A DNA stretch of 64,000 bases from an uncultured Gammaproteobacteria bacterium. Lineage in GTDB: Bacteria > Patescibacteriota > Patescibacteriia > Magasanikbacterales > UBA922. A model generated the notes under the pieces. The model was not told the DNA's origin and searched no databases. It was given only the letters and a program-made list of their open reading frames with translations. A program made the translations under genes and the position numbers. Numbering within the stretch: position 1 is the stretch's first letter; each line of letters opens with the position of its first letter. This document shows, piece by piece, positions 35,994 to 47,544 of the stretch. Location: positions 21,568 to 85,567 of the forward strand of contig CAZFUL010000005.1 in assembly GCA_964522435.1 (NCBI GenBank), given 5' to 3'.

Positions 35994-38516
35994 TTATGGG
36001 CTGATGCGGGGGATAGTATTGGTATCTTTTTCTTCATCTATTTCCTCCTCATCAGGATAGGCATCTTCTTCATCACTGTCTTCTTCAGCCTCATCATCAA
36101 GCGGTTCATCGTCTCGGTCATCTGCAGTATCATCAGCATCAGTGTTGTCATCTTGTTCTTCCTCGGTATGCATATCGTCTTCGTCTTCCTCATCGAGGGC
36201 ATCATCTTCCTCAGGTTCTTCCTCATCAATTTCTTCTGTGTCTAATTGAGCAGGAGTAACTGGTTTTCGCTCATCTCTTTGTTTATATACATTTAATGAT
36301 TGTCCGGCATCCATGCTATGCATGTCTTTTTCTGAAAGCAAAATATCTCTGGGTTTTGCCCCATTTGCTGGACCAATAACACCTGCTTCTTCTAATTCAT
36401 CGAGTAAGCGCGCAGCGCGGGCATAACCCACTTTTAATTTTCTTTGTAAAAAGGAAGCACTTGCTTTTTTCGATTCAATAATAGCATGTTTCGCTTCTTC
36501 AAACAATGAATCTTGGTCATCATCTGGTCCACCAAACATGCTGGGCGTACTGCCAGATGATTGTTTGTCTGTAATAGATTCATCGTATACCGGTTCGTCG
36601 TCTCCGCGCAGATAATCAATAATATCTTTTGTTTCTTTTTCAGAAATATAGGCCCCCTGAATACGCACGGGTTTTGAAAAATCAGAGGTCATGAGTAACA
36701 TGTCTCCTTTTCCAATAAGTTTTTCTGCACCAGAGGTATCAAGAATGGTTCGAGAGTCAGTAAGGGAAGCGACCGAAAAAGCAATACGCGCAGGGATATT
36801 TGCTTTCATGAGCCCGGTAATCACGTCAACACTTGGTCGTTGTGTGGCAACAATTAAATGAATACCAACGGCGCGAGCCATTTGTGCAATACGAATAATC
36901 CCTGTTTCCACATCCGCAGAAGCGGTGACCATTAAGTCTGCTAATTCATCAATGATAAAAATAATATGTGGTAGTTTTTCTTTGGGGTGCGCTTGATTAT
37001 ACGAACCAATATCACGGTTTCCTGCTTTGCTCAGGACATCAAACCGTCTATCCATTTCTGCAATAGTCCAACGCAGGGCATTAATGGTTTTTTTCGTGTC
37101 GGTAATAACCGGCGTTAATAAGTGGGGGATACCATTATACAAGGTTAACTCAACGCGTTTCGGGTCAACCATAATAAAGCGTAACTCCTGTGCTGTATTT
37201 TGGTAGAGCAAACTGGTGATAATGGTATTCATACACACTGTTTTTCCAGAACCTGTTGAACCAGCAATAAGCAAGTGGGGCATGCGGGGTAAGTCCGCAA
37301 ACCACACCGTGCCAGCAACGTCTTTGCCTAAGCCAATCATCAGGTTGTGTTTGCGCTTTTTGTATTCTTTACTTTCAATTAATTCTCTCAGTGATACCAC
37401 GGCAGTCTTATTATTTGGTACCTCAATACCCACCAATGATTTTCCGGGGATAGGTGCTTCAATACGAATAGGGTGGGCAGCTAAGGCAAGAGCCAAGTCA
37501 TTGCCAAGGGTCGTAATACGGGTGAGTTTTACGCCACGCGCAGGTTTCATGGTGTATTGGGTCACTGTTGGTCCAACACGCACGTCTTGCATTTCTACCT
37601 CAATCTTAAATTCTCTAAAGGTATCTTTAATAATGCGTTGATTATCATCAATGTCTCCGCTCGTTGGTTTATCTTTGCGTACTTCTAATAAGGAAACAGA
37701 AGGTGGTTTACGAATAATTACGTGTTGTTGCCAAAAAGGCATGGTTGGTTCTGCAGGAATAAGGTGTGTTTTGGGATCACTGTCATCAGCACTTTCCTCA
37801 GTCTCTTCTTCCTCTTCTGTGTCATCTTCTTCACTTAGTTCTTCATCGTCCTCTTGAACCCGTTTTCGGGTAAAGCTGCGTTCTTCTTCCTCTGTGGTGT
37901 CTTCCTCGTTGTCTTCTTCGTCTGCTTCATCAATACGGCGTTCCTCTTCTTCTTGCTCTACAAATAGGGTATCCACACTTTGTTTTATGCCGCTGCCCAC
38001 AAAGCCCATTTTTTCCATGAGGCGTTTGTGGATGGTAACAAAGTGCGCAATAGAGGTGTTAAACATTAAAATAAGAGAAATAACGATAAGTCCAATCAAG
38101 ACCACAACGGATGCAATTGATCCTAAATAGGTTTTTAGAAGCCACGCAAGCATGCCAAATACGCCACCACCATTACCATCCAATGCCTGTTGCCACATGG
38201 TTTCTAGGGGAAAATGAAGATGCAGCAGGCTGGATGTTGTGAGAAAAAATAATAAGGCGCCAATACCATGGGTAGGGCGGTAGTTATATTTTTTGTCTGT
38301 AACCAAATACCAGGCTAATACAATAATAACAACAGGAACCACAAAGCGGATGCTTCCAAAAAAGAAGCTCAGGATCCATTCATTAATAATAATCCCTAAG
38401 GTGCCTGCTTGATTAAAGAAACTTAAAAAAGAAATGATTGCAAATAATAACAAAAGAATAGCAATCACTCCTCGTGATACTTCGTGTTGTTCTCTTTCCT
38501 TACGGCGGCGACTCAT
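35994..38516 (-). CDS. ftsK: DNA translocase FtsK
   Basis: 4TM N-terminus, GSTGSGKT, IDELADLM, ATQRPS, gamma domain. Confidence 0.95.
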   Translation of the reverse strand: MSRRRKEREQHEVSRGVIAILLLLFAIISFLSFFNQAGTLGIIINEWILSFFFGSIRFVVPVVIIVLAWYLVTDKKYNYRPTHGIGALLFFLTTSSLLHLHFPLETMWQQALDGNGGGVFGMLAWLLKTYLGSIASVVVLIGLIVISLILMFNTSIAHFVTIHKRLMEKMGFVGSGIKQSVDTLFVEQEEEERRIDEADEEDNEEDTTEEEERSFTRKRVQEDDEELSEEDDTEEEEETEESADDSDPKTHLIPAEPTMPFWQQHVIIRKPPSVSLLEVRKDKPTSGDIDDNQRIIKDTFREFKIEVEMQDVRVGPTVTQYTMKPARGVKLTRITTLGNDLALALAAHPIRIEAPIPGKSLVGIEVPNNKTAVVSLRELIESKEYKKRKHNLMIGLGKDVAGTVWFADLPRMPHLLIAGSTGSGKTVCMNTIITSLLYQNTAQELRFIMVDPKRVELTLYNGIPHLLTPVITDTKKTINALRWTIAEMDRRFDVLSKAGNRDIGSYNQAHPKEKLPHIIFIIDELADLMVTASADVETGIIRIAQMARAVGIHLIVATQRPSVDVITGLMKANIPARIAFSVASLTDSRTILDTSGAEKLIGKGDMLLMTSDFSKPVRIQGAYISEKETKDIIDYLRGDDEPVYDESITDKQSSGSTPSMFGGPDDDQDSLFEEAKHAIIESKKASASFLQRKLKVGYARAARLLDELEEAGVIGPANGAKPRDILLSEKDMHSMDAGQSLNVYKQRDERKPVTPAQLDTEEIDEEEPEEDDALDEEDEDDMHTEEEQDDNTDADDTADDRDDEPLDDEAEEDSDEEDAYPDEEEIDEEKDTNTIPRISP

Positions 38517-38959
38517 AGTGGAAATAGTATAGCACACTTTTTATTCGGGATATACCCGACGTCACTGCGCTCGGCTCGAGATGACATAATTTATGGTATG
38601 CTGACAGAGGTGGGCTAACTGTCCACATTATTCATTTGACAATTACGCTATAATCTATTATTATAGAGCAGCTTATAGATTACAGCGAAACGTCTTGATT
38701 TTTTGCTAAGTATAGCGGAATTCTGGATGTTAGACGCGCATGCGACGGTTTTTGCTCTTTGATTGCATCTTGCATATATACATTCTTCTCTAAGCGTATA
38801 CGCATGCATGAGAACATTATTAACAAGTAAATAAAAAGACGGATTTTCATAAAAGCCGCTTTTTTGTATTTTACACACAGATTTATCTATATTCAACTGG
38901 TATCACAATGTAATACCAATTGACTATAGATGAATCGTTTAACTTTTTTTTCTCGCCCT

Positions 38960-41900
38960 ATGCCTATCTACAAGCGTCAACCTACGACACAAAAGGAGCG
39001 AAAGTTCTTTACCCAACGTGCGCAAACCGCACAGCTCCCTGACTTAATTGGGACACAAAAATCATCATACCAATGGTTTTTGAATCAAGGGATTAAGGAT
39101 TTGTTTGAAGAAATTTCTCCGATCACCGACTTTACCGGGCGAGATTTGGAGCTCTATTTAGAAGACTATAGTATTGATGAGCCAAAATTTGATGAGCGCA
39201 CCAGTCGTGAAAAAAATATTTCATTTGAGGCACCATTACGGGTAAAAGCACGATTGATTAACAAACGAACCAAAGAAGAACAACTCCAAGAAATTTATTT
39301 GGGCGACATGCCAGTCATGACCGATCGCGGAACGTTTGTGGTAAATGGTATTGAACGGGTTATTATTTCTCAGCTTATTCGTAGTCCTGGCGCGTACTTT
39401 ACGGCAGAAAATGTTCGTGGTCGTCGTTACTATGGGGCAAAAATTATCCCTAACCGTGGGGCGTGGATTGAAATTGAAACAGACCAAAATAATGTTTTGT
39501 GGATTAAAGTAGACAGAAAACGCAAAGTAGCGGCAACAGCACTGTTGCGTGCCTTTGGTCATGGAAACAATGACGTGATTCTTGACTTGTTTAAAGAGGT
39601 AAATAATCACCCAAATATTGATTTTATTGAAGCGACTTTGAAAAAAGATATTTCTACCACAGAAGATGAAGGGTTGATTGAAGTATATAAACGTATTCGT
39701 CCGGGTGACCTTGCTACTGCAGATAATGCCCGTGGGTTAATTCACTCCATGTTTTTTAACTTTGATCGCTACGATTTGAGTCGTGTTGGGGTGTACAAAT
39801 TAGATGCAAAATTTGATTTGCATTTAGCTGACACAGATTTTGATAGTAAAGAACACCGTGTTCTTTCTCCAGAAAAACTAATTGCCGTCTTAAAAGAAGT
39901 GGTGCGCTTAAACGTGACCCAAGAAGAACCAGATGATATTGATCATTTGGGAAATCGTCGTATTCGTGCGATTGGAGAATTGGTACAAGACCGATTCCGC
40001 ATTGGGTTAGCCCGCATGGAACGTATTATTAAAGACCGCATGAGCACCTATGAATTAGAAGGATTGGTGCCAAATAAATTGATTAATGCACGACCCGTTA
40101 TTGGTGCGGTGCGAGAATTTTTCATGAGTTCTCAGTTGTCACAATTCATGGATCAAATTAATCCGCTTGCAGAATTGGAACATAAACGTCGTGTGTCTGC
40201 GCTTGGGCCAGGGGGGTTATCTCGTGACCGCGCAGGATTCGAAGTTCGTGACGTACATACCACTCACTATGGTCGTATTTGTCCCATTGCTACTCCAGAA
40301 GGACCAAACATCGGGTTGGTTGGCCACATGGCAAGTTATTCAAAAATTAACAGTTTTGGCTTTTTAGAAACTCCCTACCGTAAAGTGATTCACCGTGTAC
40401 CAAATGAAGCGCGCTTTACCGAAGGCGAAATTGCAGGAGAAGATATTGCGGGAGTCGTAAAGATGGGAGAAGATATTACTGCAGCCGTTGCGAAAAAATT
40501 AGAAGCAAAAAAAGAGCTGACAGAAGTACGCGTAAAACCTCGTGTATCAGATGAAGTGTTGTATTTAAATGCAACGCAAGAAGAACGATCGATTACCGCA
40601 AGTGCAACCACACCAATCGATGCGCGCGGCTACTTTTTGGTAGACAGAACACCAGCACGTATTCATGGAAAACCAGCACCAGCGGACATTGTTGATATTC
40701 AATATATCGACGTTGCGTCAAATCAAATTTTAAGTATTGCAACCAGTTTAATTCCATTTTTGGAACACGACGATGCGACCCGTGCGTTGATGGGAACAAA
40801 CATGCAGCGCCAAGCGGTTCCTTGTATTAATCCAGATGCACCACTTGTTGGAACTGGGGTAGAAAAAGCAGCAGCAGCCTATAGTGGGCATGTATTTTTT
40901 GCAGAAGAAGATGCAGAAGTAACCTATGTTGATGGTGGTCGTATTGAATTAACCGGAAAAAAAGGAAAAGTATACACCTATCAATTAAATAAATTTATTC
41001 GATCAAATGCGTCTAGTTGTATTAACCAACGTCCTACGGTGAGCCTTGGTCAAAAAGTGAAAAAAGGTGAACCGTTGTGTGATGGACCAAGTATTCAACA
41101 TGGTGAGTTAGCGCTTGGACAAAATGTGTTGGTTGCCTACATGGTATGGGATGGATACAACTACGAAGATGCGATTATTTTATCAGAACGCATGGTGCAA
41201 CGAGATCGCTACACCTCTGTTCAGATTGAAAATTATGTTACCGATGTTCGCGAAACAAAACTTGGACCGGAAGTCGTAACGAGTGATATTCCAAATGTTG
41301 CGGAAGAAAAATTAAAAAATCTTGACTCTGAAGGAATTGTGCGTGTTGGAGCTGAAGTAAAATCTGGAGACATTTTGGTTGGAAAAATTACGCCAAAAGG
41401 AGAAACCGAATTAACTCCAGAAGAACGCTTATTGCGCGCGATCTTTGGAGAAAAAGCACGCGATGTCCGTGATTCTTCATTGTATTTAGAACATGGTGAA
41501 CATGGAAAAGTTATTGATGTAAAAGTATTCTCAGCAGACGAAGGTGATAAATTGCAACCTGGGGTAAACAAACAAGTACAAGTAACGGTTGCCGACATGC
41601 GTAAAATTCAAGTCGGAGATAAAATGGCAGGACGTCATGGAAACAAAGGGGTTATTTCTCGTGTTGTTCCGGTAGAAGACATGCCATTTTTAGATGATGG
41701 AACACCCGTGGATATTATTCTTTCTCCACTCGGGGTTATTTCTCGTATGAACTTGGGGCAATTGCTCGAAACCCATCTTGGGTTAGCAGCAAATGCGTTA
41801 GGATACCGTATCGCTACCCCCGTGTTAGATGGTATTACCGAAGAACAAATTAAAGGAGAATTAGCAGCAGCAGGATTTACGACTGATGGACAATTACAAT

Positions 41901-42400
41901 TGTTTGATGGAAGAACAGGCGAACCGTTTGATAGTAAAACTACCGTGGGGTATAACTATATGTTAAAACTCAACCATATGGTTGAAGATAAAATGCACCA
42001 ACGGTCTATTGGTCCATACTCATTAATTACCCAACAACCGTTGGGAGGAAAAGCCCAATTTGGTGGACAACGGTTTGGGGAAATGGAAGTGTGGGCGCTA
42101 GAAGCATATGGCGCGGCACATACCTTGCAAGAAATTTTGACAATCAAATCAGATGATGTTCCTGGTCGGTCAAAAGCCTATGAATCTATTATTAAAGGTG
42201 AAGCAATTACCAGAGTAAACTTACCAGAATCCTTTAATGTGTTAGTGCGTGAATTGAAAGGGTTAGCCCTTGACGTAGAAGTGTTAAAAGAACACCAAGG
42301 ACAATACTTACCCGTAGAAGAGGCAAAAGCGCTTAGTCGAGAAGACGCGTCTCTTGATCCGAAAAAAGAGGGAGCGCCAGAAGAAGCTGCGTCATTTTAG
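38960..42400 (+). CDS. rpoB: RNA polymerase beta subunit
   Basis: GDKMAGRHGNKG, GGQRFGEME; start 38930 or 38960. Confidence 0.98.
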   Translation: MPIYKRQPTTQKERKFFTQRAQTAQLPDLIGTQKSSYQWFLNQGIKDLFEEISPITDFTGRDLELYLEDYSIDEPKFDERTSREKNISFEAPLRVKARLINKRTKEEQLQEIYLGDMPVMTDRGTFVVNGIERVIISQLIRSPGAYFTAENVRGRRYYGAKIIPNRGAWIEIETDQNNVLWIKVDRKRKVAATALLRAFGHGNNDVILDLFKEVNNHPNIDFIEATLKKDISTTEDEGLIEVYKRIRPGDLATADNARGLIHSMFFNFDRYDLSRVGVYKLDAKFDLHLADTDFDSKEHRVLSPEKLIAVLKEVVRLNVTQEEPDDIDHLGNRRIRAIGELVQDRFRIGLARMERIIKDRMSTYELEGLVPNKLINARPVIGAVREFFMSSQLSQFMDQINPLAELEHKRRVSALGPGGLSRDRAGFEVRDVHTTHYGRICPIATPEGPNIGLVGHMASYSKINSFGFLETPYRKVIHRVPNEARFTEGEIAGEDIAGVVKMGEDITAAVAKKLEAKKELTEVRVKPRVSDEVLYLNATQEERSITASATTPIDARGYFLVDRTPARIHGKPAPADIVDIQYIDVASNQILSIATSLIPFLEHDDATRALMGTNMQRQAVPCINPDAPLVGTGVEKAAAAYSGHVFFAEEDAEVTYVDGGRIELTGKKGKVYTYQLNKFIRSNASSCINQRPTVSLGQKVKKGEPLCDGPSIQHGELALGQNVLVAYMVWDGYNYEDAIILSERMVQRDRYTSVQIENYVTDVRETKLGPEVVTSDIPNVAEEKLKNLDSEGIVRVGAEVKSGDILVGKITPKGETELTPEERLLRAIFGEKARDVRDSSLYLEHGEHGKVIDVKVFSADEGDKLQPGVNKQVQVTVADMRKIQVGDKMAGRHGNKGVISRVVPVEDMPFLDDGTPVDIILSPLGVISRMNLGQLLETHLGLAANALGYRIATPVLDGITEEQIKGELAAAGFTTDGQLQLFDGRTGEPFDSKTTVGYNYMLKLNHMVEDKMHQRSIGPYSLITQQPLGGKAQFGGQRFGEMEVWALEAYGAAHTLQEILTIKSDDVPGRSKAYESIIKGEAITRVNLPESFNVLVRELKGLALDVEVLKEHQGQYLPVEEAKALSREDASLDPKKEGAPEEAASF

Positions 42401-42427
42401 TCATCACTCACTTATCTTTCCTTGCAT

Positions 42428-45400
42428 ATGAGCCGTCAACAACACATTAGTCTCAAGGATTTTGATGCATTAGCGCTGCGCGTTGCATCTCCTGAGGTTA
42501 TTCGTCGCTGGTCACATGGTGAAATTACCAAACCAGAAACTATTAATTATCGTACACAAAAACCAGAAAAAGCTGGGTTATTTGCCGAAGAAATTTTTGG
42601 GCCTACCAAAGATTGGGAATGTTATTGTGGAAAATATAAAAAAATTCGATATAAAGGAATTGTCTGTGATAAATGTGGCGTAGAAGTAACCCATTCACTC
42701 GTTCGTCGTGAACGCATGGGACATATTGAACTCTCTAGTCCAGTAAGTCACATTTGGTTTTTTCGCTCTATTCCATCAAAGATTGGTTTGGTATTGGATT
42801 TATCAATTCAGTCATTAGAAAAAGTTATTTACTTTGCGTCTTTTATTATTACGCAAGTGGATGAAGAAGAAAAAGCAACGATTGAACAAGCCTTGAAAGA
42901 AGAATATAAACAAAAGAAAAAACAATTAGAAAAAGAATCAGAAAAGCGTATTGCTGATTTAGGAGAGGGTGCAAAGAAAGCGGACATCAAAGCAGTAGAA
43001 GATGTTCGTGATGAAAAATTGGCAGCGCTTGACGCTGACATGGAAAGTGCCTCTGAAGAATTAAAAGATATTCACATGTTGAATATTATTTCAGAAGCGC
43101 GCTATCAAGAATTGGCATTACGCTATGGCCACATGTTTGAAGCAGAAATTGGTGCAGAAGCCATTCGTCGCTTGCTTGAAAAAATTGATTTGGATCAAAC
43201 CATTGAACGATTAAGTGTTGAATCTGAAAAAAGCAAAGGAGCAAAACGAGAACGTTTGGTGCGCCGCTTAAAATTGTTAAAAAGTTTCAACAAAAATGAT
43301 ATTCGTCCAGAATGGATGGTGTTAACTGCGATTCCTGTTATTCCACCAGATTTACGTCCTATGGTGGCACTCGATGGTGGTCGTTTTGCAACCAGTGATT
43401 TAAACGATTTATATCGTCGCGTAATTAACAGAAACAATCGGTTAAAACGGTTACAAACATTAAATGCACCAGAAGTTATTTGCCGAAATGAAAAACGCAT
43501 GTTGCAAGAAGCAGTCGATGCATTAATTGATAACAATGCTCGTGCAACCAAAACCGTGACTGCGTCAACCGGACAAAAACGTCAGTTGCGTTCATTGGCA
43601 GATATTTTGAAAGGAAAACAAGGTCGTTTCCGCCAAAACTTACTTGGAAAACGCGTGGATTATTCTGGTCGTTCTGTTATTGTGGTTGGACCACGCTTGA
43701 ATATTGATGAATGTGGCTTGCCAAAGAAAATGGCACTTGAGTTGTTCAAACCCTTTGTCATGGCAGAAATTATTAAACGGGAATTAGCGCACAATGTTCG
43801 GAGTGCATCTCGGTTTATTGAAACCAACGCACCAGAAGTGTGGGATATTTTGGAAGATTTGATTAAAACCCGCCGTGTGTTATTAAACCGTGCACCTACC
43901 TTGCACCGTTTAGGTATTCAAGCATTTAAACCAACATTGGTTGAAGGAAAAGCAATTCGTCTTCATCCATTGGTTACTCCACCATTTAATGCGGACTTTG
44001 ACGGAGATCAAATGGCCGTGCATCTTCCATTAACAGAAGAGTCTGTTTGGGAAGCAGAAAATTTAATGGCGGCAGAAAAAAATATTTTAAAACCAGCAAC
44101 CGGAAAACCAGCGATTACCCCACAACAAGACGTTGCGCTTGGTTGTTATTACTTAACCAAGTATGTGGAAACAGATAAAGCAGAAGTAACAAGAGTATTT
44201 GCAAATGTTACCGAAGCAAAATATGCGTACAAAACACGCCATATTGGGTTAAAAGATCGTATTAAAATTCGTTTTGCTGATCTCACAAAATTTGAAAAAG
44301 GAACACCATCAATTGTCGAAACTTCTATTGGTCGTGTGTTCTTTAATGAAATTCTTCCAGAAAAACTTCCCTTCTATAATGAAACCATTACCAAAAAACA
44401 TTTGGGCATTATCATTGGATTGTTACTCGAGTTATACGGACAAGAAGAAACCGCGTACGTTCTTGATAAAATGAAATCTCTTGGATTTAAATATGTTACC
44501 AAATCAGGATACTCATTGGGTATGGACCAATTTGGTCGTATTGAAGAGAAAAAAGCATTGCTCGAAAAAGGGGATGCAGAAGTACAAATGGTAGAAGAAC
44601 AATATCAAGAAGGGTTATTAACCGATTCTGAACGTCATGCAAAAATTCTTGAAATTTGGACCGATATTAAAGAACGCGTTATTTCTCATAACAAAGAAGC
44701 AATTGATAAAGACGGCTCTGTATTTGCCATGATCGACTCTGGTGCTCGTGGAAGTTGGGGACAATTAGGGCAGGTTATTGGTATGAAAGGGTTGGTTGCC
44801 TCTCCAACCGGAGATATTATCGAATTGCCGGTAAAAGGAAACTTTAAAGAAGGGTTCGATGTATTGGAATTCTTTATTTCTAGTCATGGTACCAGAAAAG
44901 GGTTATCCGACACCGCGCTTCGTACCGCAAACGCAGGATACTTAACACGTCGTTTGGTGGATGTTGCACAAGATGTGGTGGTGCGAGAAGACGATTGTGG
45001 CGATAAGCAAGGAGAAGTCATTACCAAAGCGCAAAGTGAACACATGGGCAAAAAATTATCAGAACGCGTTGTGGGTCGCTTTGTGTTAGCAGATGTTGTT
45101 GGTAAAGACGGCAATGTTATTTTAAAGAAAAAAGAACTCGTTACTCAAGCAGCCTCACGCGATATTGATGACATGGGTGTTGAAGACGTGCATGTACGCA
45201 GTGTGTTGCAATGTAAACTTGCAAAAGGAATTTGTATTAAATGTTACGGCGCGGATTTAAGTACCAATGATGTGGTAGAAAAAGGGATGGCCGCTGGAGT
45301 TATTGCTGCACAATCTATTGGGGAACCTGGTACTCAGCTTACCATGCGTACCTTCCATCTTGGGGGGGTTGCTGGTGGTGGAGATATTACCCAAGGGTTG

Positions 45401-46312
45401 CCTCGTGTAGAAGAATTATTTGAAGCACGTACTCCAAAACGTAAAGCAATTCTTGCCGAAGTTGGTGGAACCGTAGAAGTAGAAGATGCGGATGGGAAAA
45501 TTATCACCAGCCCGTCTGGAAGAAAAGTATTTGAAGGTCGTCGAGGACAAAAAATCGTTAAAGTGCATTTTGATGGCATTGATGAAATGGAAATCAAAAT
45601 TAGCAAAGCCGATGATATTAAAGTTGCGGATGGTGATAAAGTGAAAAAAGACGAAATACTCGTTATCCTTGGTTCTTCTGGAGAAAAAGTATTGGCAGAG
45701 TACAACGGAACAGTGCGTGTTGAAAAACGTCGTATTGTCTTAAACTACGAAGGTCGCCATACCAAAGAATATATTATTCCAATTGGATATAAATTGTGGG
45801 TAAAAAATGGAGATGTTATTGAAAAAGGTGCGCAGCTCAGTGAAGGAAGTATTGATTTGAAAGAATTGTTCTTGTTAAAAGGACGAGATGCGGTACAACG
45901 CTATGTCTTGGAAGAAATTCAATATATCTATTCTTCACAAGGGCAAACCTTAAATGATAAACATATTGAAATTATCATTAAACAACTCTTCTCTCGTGTG
46001 TATATTGAAGATCCAGGAGATACTGATTTACTCCCAGGTGAGGTGTTAGAAAAAACACAATGGATGCTTGCAAATCAAGAAGTAGAAGCGGAAGGCAAAA
46101 CCCCAGCAAACGCACGCGAATTGTTCTTGGGTATTAGTAAAGTTGCGTTGTCTACACAAAGTTTCTTGTCAGCAGCAAGTTTCCAAGAAACATCAAAAGT
46201 GTTGATCAACGCCGCGATCACTGGAAAAGTAGACTTCTTAGAAGGGTTAAAAGAAAATGTGATTATTGGTCGCTTGATTCCTGTAGGAACAGGATTCAAG
46301 AGTCGAGAATAA
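42428..46312 (+). CDS. rpoC: RNA polymerase beta' subunit
   Basis: NADFDGDQMAVH, N-terminal zinc finger, GEPGTQLTMRTFH. Confidence 0.98.
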   Translation: MSRQQHISLKDFDALALRVASPEVIRRWSHGEITKPETINYRTQKPEKAGLFAEEIFGPTKDWECYCGKYKKIRYKGIVCDKCGVEVTHSLVRRERMGHIELSSPVSHIWFFRSIPSKIGLVLDLSIQSLEKVIYFASFIITQVDEEEKATIEQALKEEYKQKKKQLEKESEKRIADLGEGAKKADIKAVEDVRDEKLAALDADMESASEELKDIHMLNIISEARYQELALRYGHMFEAEIGAEAIRRLLEKIDLDQTIERLSVESEKSKGAKRERLVRRLKLLKSFNKNDIRPEWMVLTAIPVIPPDLRPMVALDGGRFATSDLNDLYRRVINRNNRLKRLQTLNAPEVICRNEKRMLQEAVDALIDNNARATKTVTASTGQKRQLRSLADILKGKQGRFRQNLLGKRVDYSGRSVIVVGPRLNIDECGLPKKMALELFKPFVMAEIIKRELAHNVRSASRFIETNAPEVWDILEDLIKTRRVLLNRAPTLHRLGIQAFKPTLVEGKAIRLHPLVTPPFNADFDGDQMAVHLPLTEESVWEAENLMAAEKNILKPATGKPAITPQQDVALGCYYLTKYVETDKAEVTRVFANVTEAKYAYKTRHIGLKDRIKIRFADLTKFEKGTPSIVETSIGRVFFNEILPEKLPFYNETITKKHLGIIIGLLLELYGQEETAYVLDKMKSLGFKYVTKSGYSLGMDQFGRIEEKKALLEKGDAEVQMVEEQYQEGLLTDSERHAKILEIWTDIKERVISHNKEAIDKDGSVFAMIDSGARGSWGQLGQVIGMKGLVASPTGDIIELPVKGNFKEGFDVLEFFISSHGTRKGLSDTALRTANAGYLTRRLVDVAQDVVVREDDCGDKQGEVITKAQSEHMGKKLSERVVGRFVLADVVGKDGNVILKKKELVTQAASRDIDDMGVEDVHVRSVLQCKLAKGICIKCYGADLSTNDVVEKGMAAGVIAAQSIGEPGTQLTMRTFHLGGVAGGGDITQGLPRVEELFEARTPKRKAILAEVGGTVEVEDADGKIITSPSGRKVFEGRRGQKIVKVHFDGIDEMEIKISKADDIKVADGDKVKKDEILVILGSSGEKVLAEYNGTVRVEKRRIVLNYEGRHTKEYIIPIGYKLWVKNGDVIEKGAQLSEGSIDLKELFLLKGRDAVQRYVLEEIQYIYSSQGQTLNDKHIEIIIKQLFSRVYIEDPGDTDLLPGEVLEKTQWMLANQEVEAEGKTPANARELFLGISKVALSTQSFLSAASFQETSKVLINAAITGKVDFLEGLKENVIIGRLIPVGTGFKSRE

Positions 46313-46327
46313 TCCAATAGTTGAATT

Positions 46328-46357
46328 AAAAAATCCCGATTACATCGGGATTTTTTT
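46328..46357. terminator. Terminator (CCCGA palindrome family)
   Basis: AAAAAATCCCGATTACATCGGGATTTTTTT. Confidence 0.85.
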
Positions 46358-46428
46358 ATAGTTGACAGAGCTTTCTTTTTTAGGATAGTCTATGAACGTT
46401 CTCATCACTGAAACAAAAGGAATACACC

Positions 46429-46848
46429 ATGCTCATTTTCGTGTTAAGCGCAGAAATGCACGGCATTGTGGCAATCCGTGCCATCCTGAACGGGGTGGAA
46501 GCACCGCTCCAATTCAATGTGGATCCTCTTGCGATTATGGAACAAGTGGTACGTGACCGAGATTATACCGAAGACCGACCCATCATCATCGCGGCGACGC
46601 ATTTTGAGGTCAATGATCATGTGGCGCTCAGTATCTTCGCCATGGCCGTGAAGCGCATGGATCCGCGTGCGTGGGTGTTTGCCTATTCTATGATGGCCTT
46701 GAGCTCCGAAGACCGAGGGGAACACCTCGACGGTGTTATCCCCAAGGGGGTAGAAGGAGTAGACAAGCTTATCGAGTTTCTCCAGGCCGATCCTCAAAAG
46801 GCAAAAACCTTGGCAGAGCTCAAAGCGCAGTTTCCTTGGCTGAAGTAG
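46429..46848 (+). CDS. Hypothetical protein (GC-rich ORFan with its own promoter)
   Basis: TTGACA at 46362, SD AAGGA, terminator at 46921-50. Confidence 0.65.
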   Translation: MLIFVLSAEMHGIVAIRAILNGVEAPLQFNVDPLAIMEQVVRDRDYTEDRPIIIAATHFEVNDHVALSIFAMAVKRMDPRAWVFAYSMMALSSEDRGEHLDGVIPKGVEGVDKLIEFLQADPQKAKTLAELKAQFPWLK

Positions 46849-46974
46849 CCAAGAAAGGAGAAAAAATCCCTTTGCCTGTGTTGTTCCTTTAACACCAGCA
46901 AAGGGAATGACACACAATATAAAAAACCCCGATTAGCTCGGGGTTTTTTTAGTATGGTTGAAAAAGCGTATTGA

Positions 46975-47427
46975 TTATGTCTCTACATGGAGCATCCATT
47001 TTTGTATGCTGCCATCAGAAGAATGCCAGGCCGCAATAAATTGAGGGATGGGTAATTCGTAGCCATCACCATTTTTTGGATCAGCAAATATAATATGTGC
47101 TTCTGTGATGCCTTTTACCACCGCAAAATGACCCACGCCAGAAACAGGATTAAGATAATTAACGATTACCGGTGCATTGTTTTGTAAGGCGGCAATAATA
47201 TCTGTCGTATCTGCGGGGTAGGTGACCTTTGCCTGTAGGCCATATGTTTGTAGGGCAAGGGGCATGCGCGCATTGTCTGTGCCTTTGCCTGGTTGCGCAT
47301 CACACATGTTTTGAATTGTTTCAACATCAAAAGGAATACGGTAGTACAACAACAGCATTTCAATACACACTGGCCCGCAAGAATAATTATCTTGTTGGGC
47401 AATATACGGCAGGGATAACAATAGCAT
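46975..47427 (-). CDS. Peptidase C39-like protein
   Basis: QQDNYSCGP, GHFAVV, FADP. Confidence 0.85.
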   Translation of the reverse strand: MLLLSLPYIAQQDNYSCGPVCIEMLLLYYRIPFDVETIQNMCDAQPGKGTDNARMPLALQTYGLQAKVTYPADTTDIIAALQNNAPVIVNYLNPVSGVGHFAVVKGITEAHIIFADPKNGDGYELPIPQFIAAWHSSDGSIQKWMLHVET

Positions 47428-47544
47428 ACCGAAGCTATGTATAAAAAAATAATATATCTCATGGAAGAGATATATTATGAATGTGCAATAGAATACGGGT
47501 TTTTTTGCTTTTTGTCAATCAGGGGCCTATCAATTAAGTAAGAA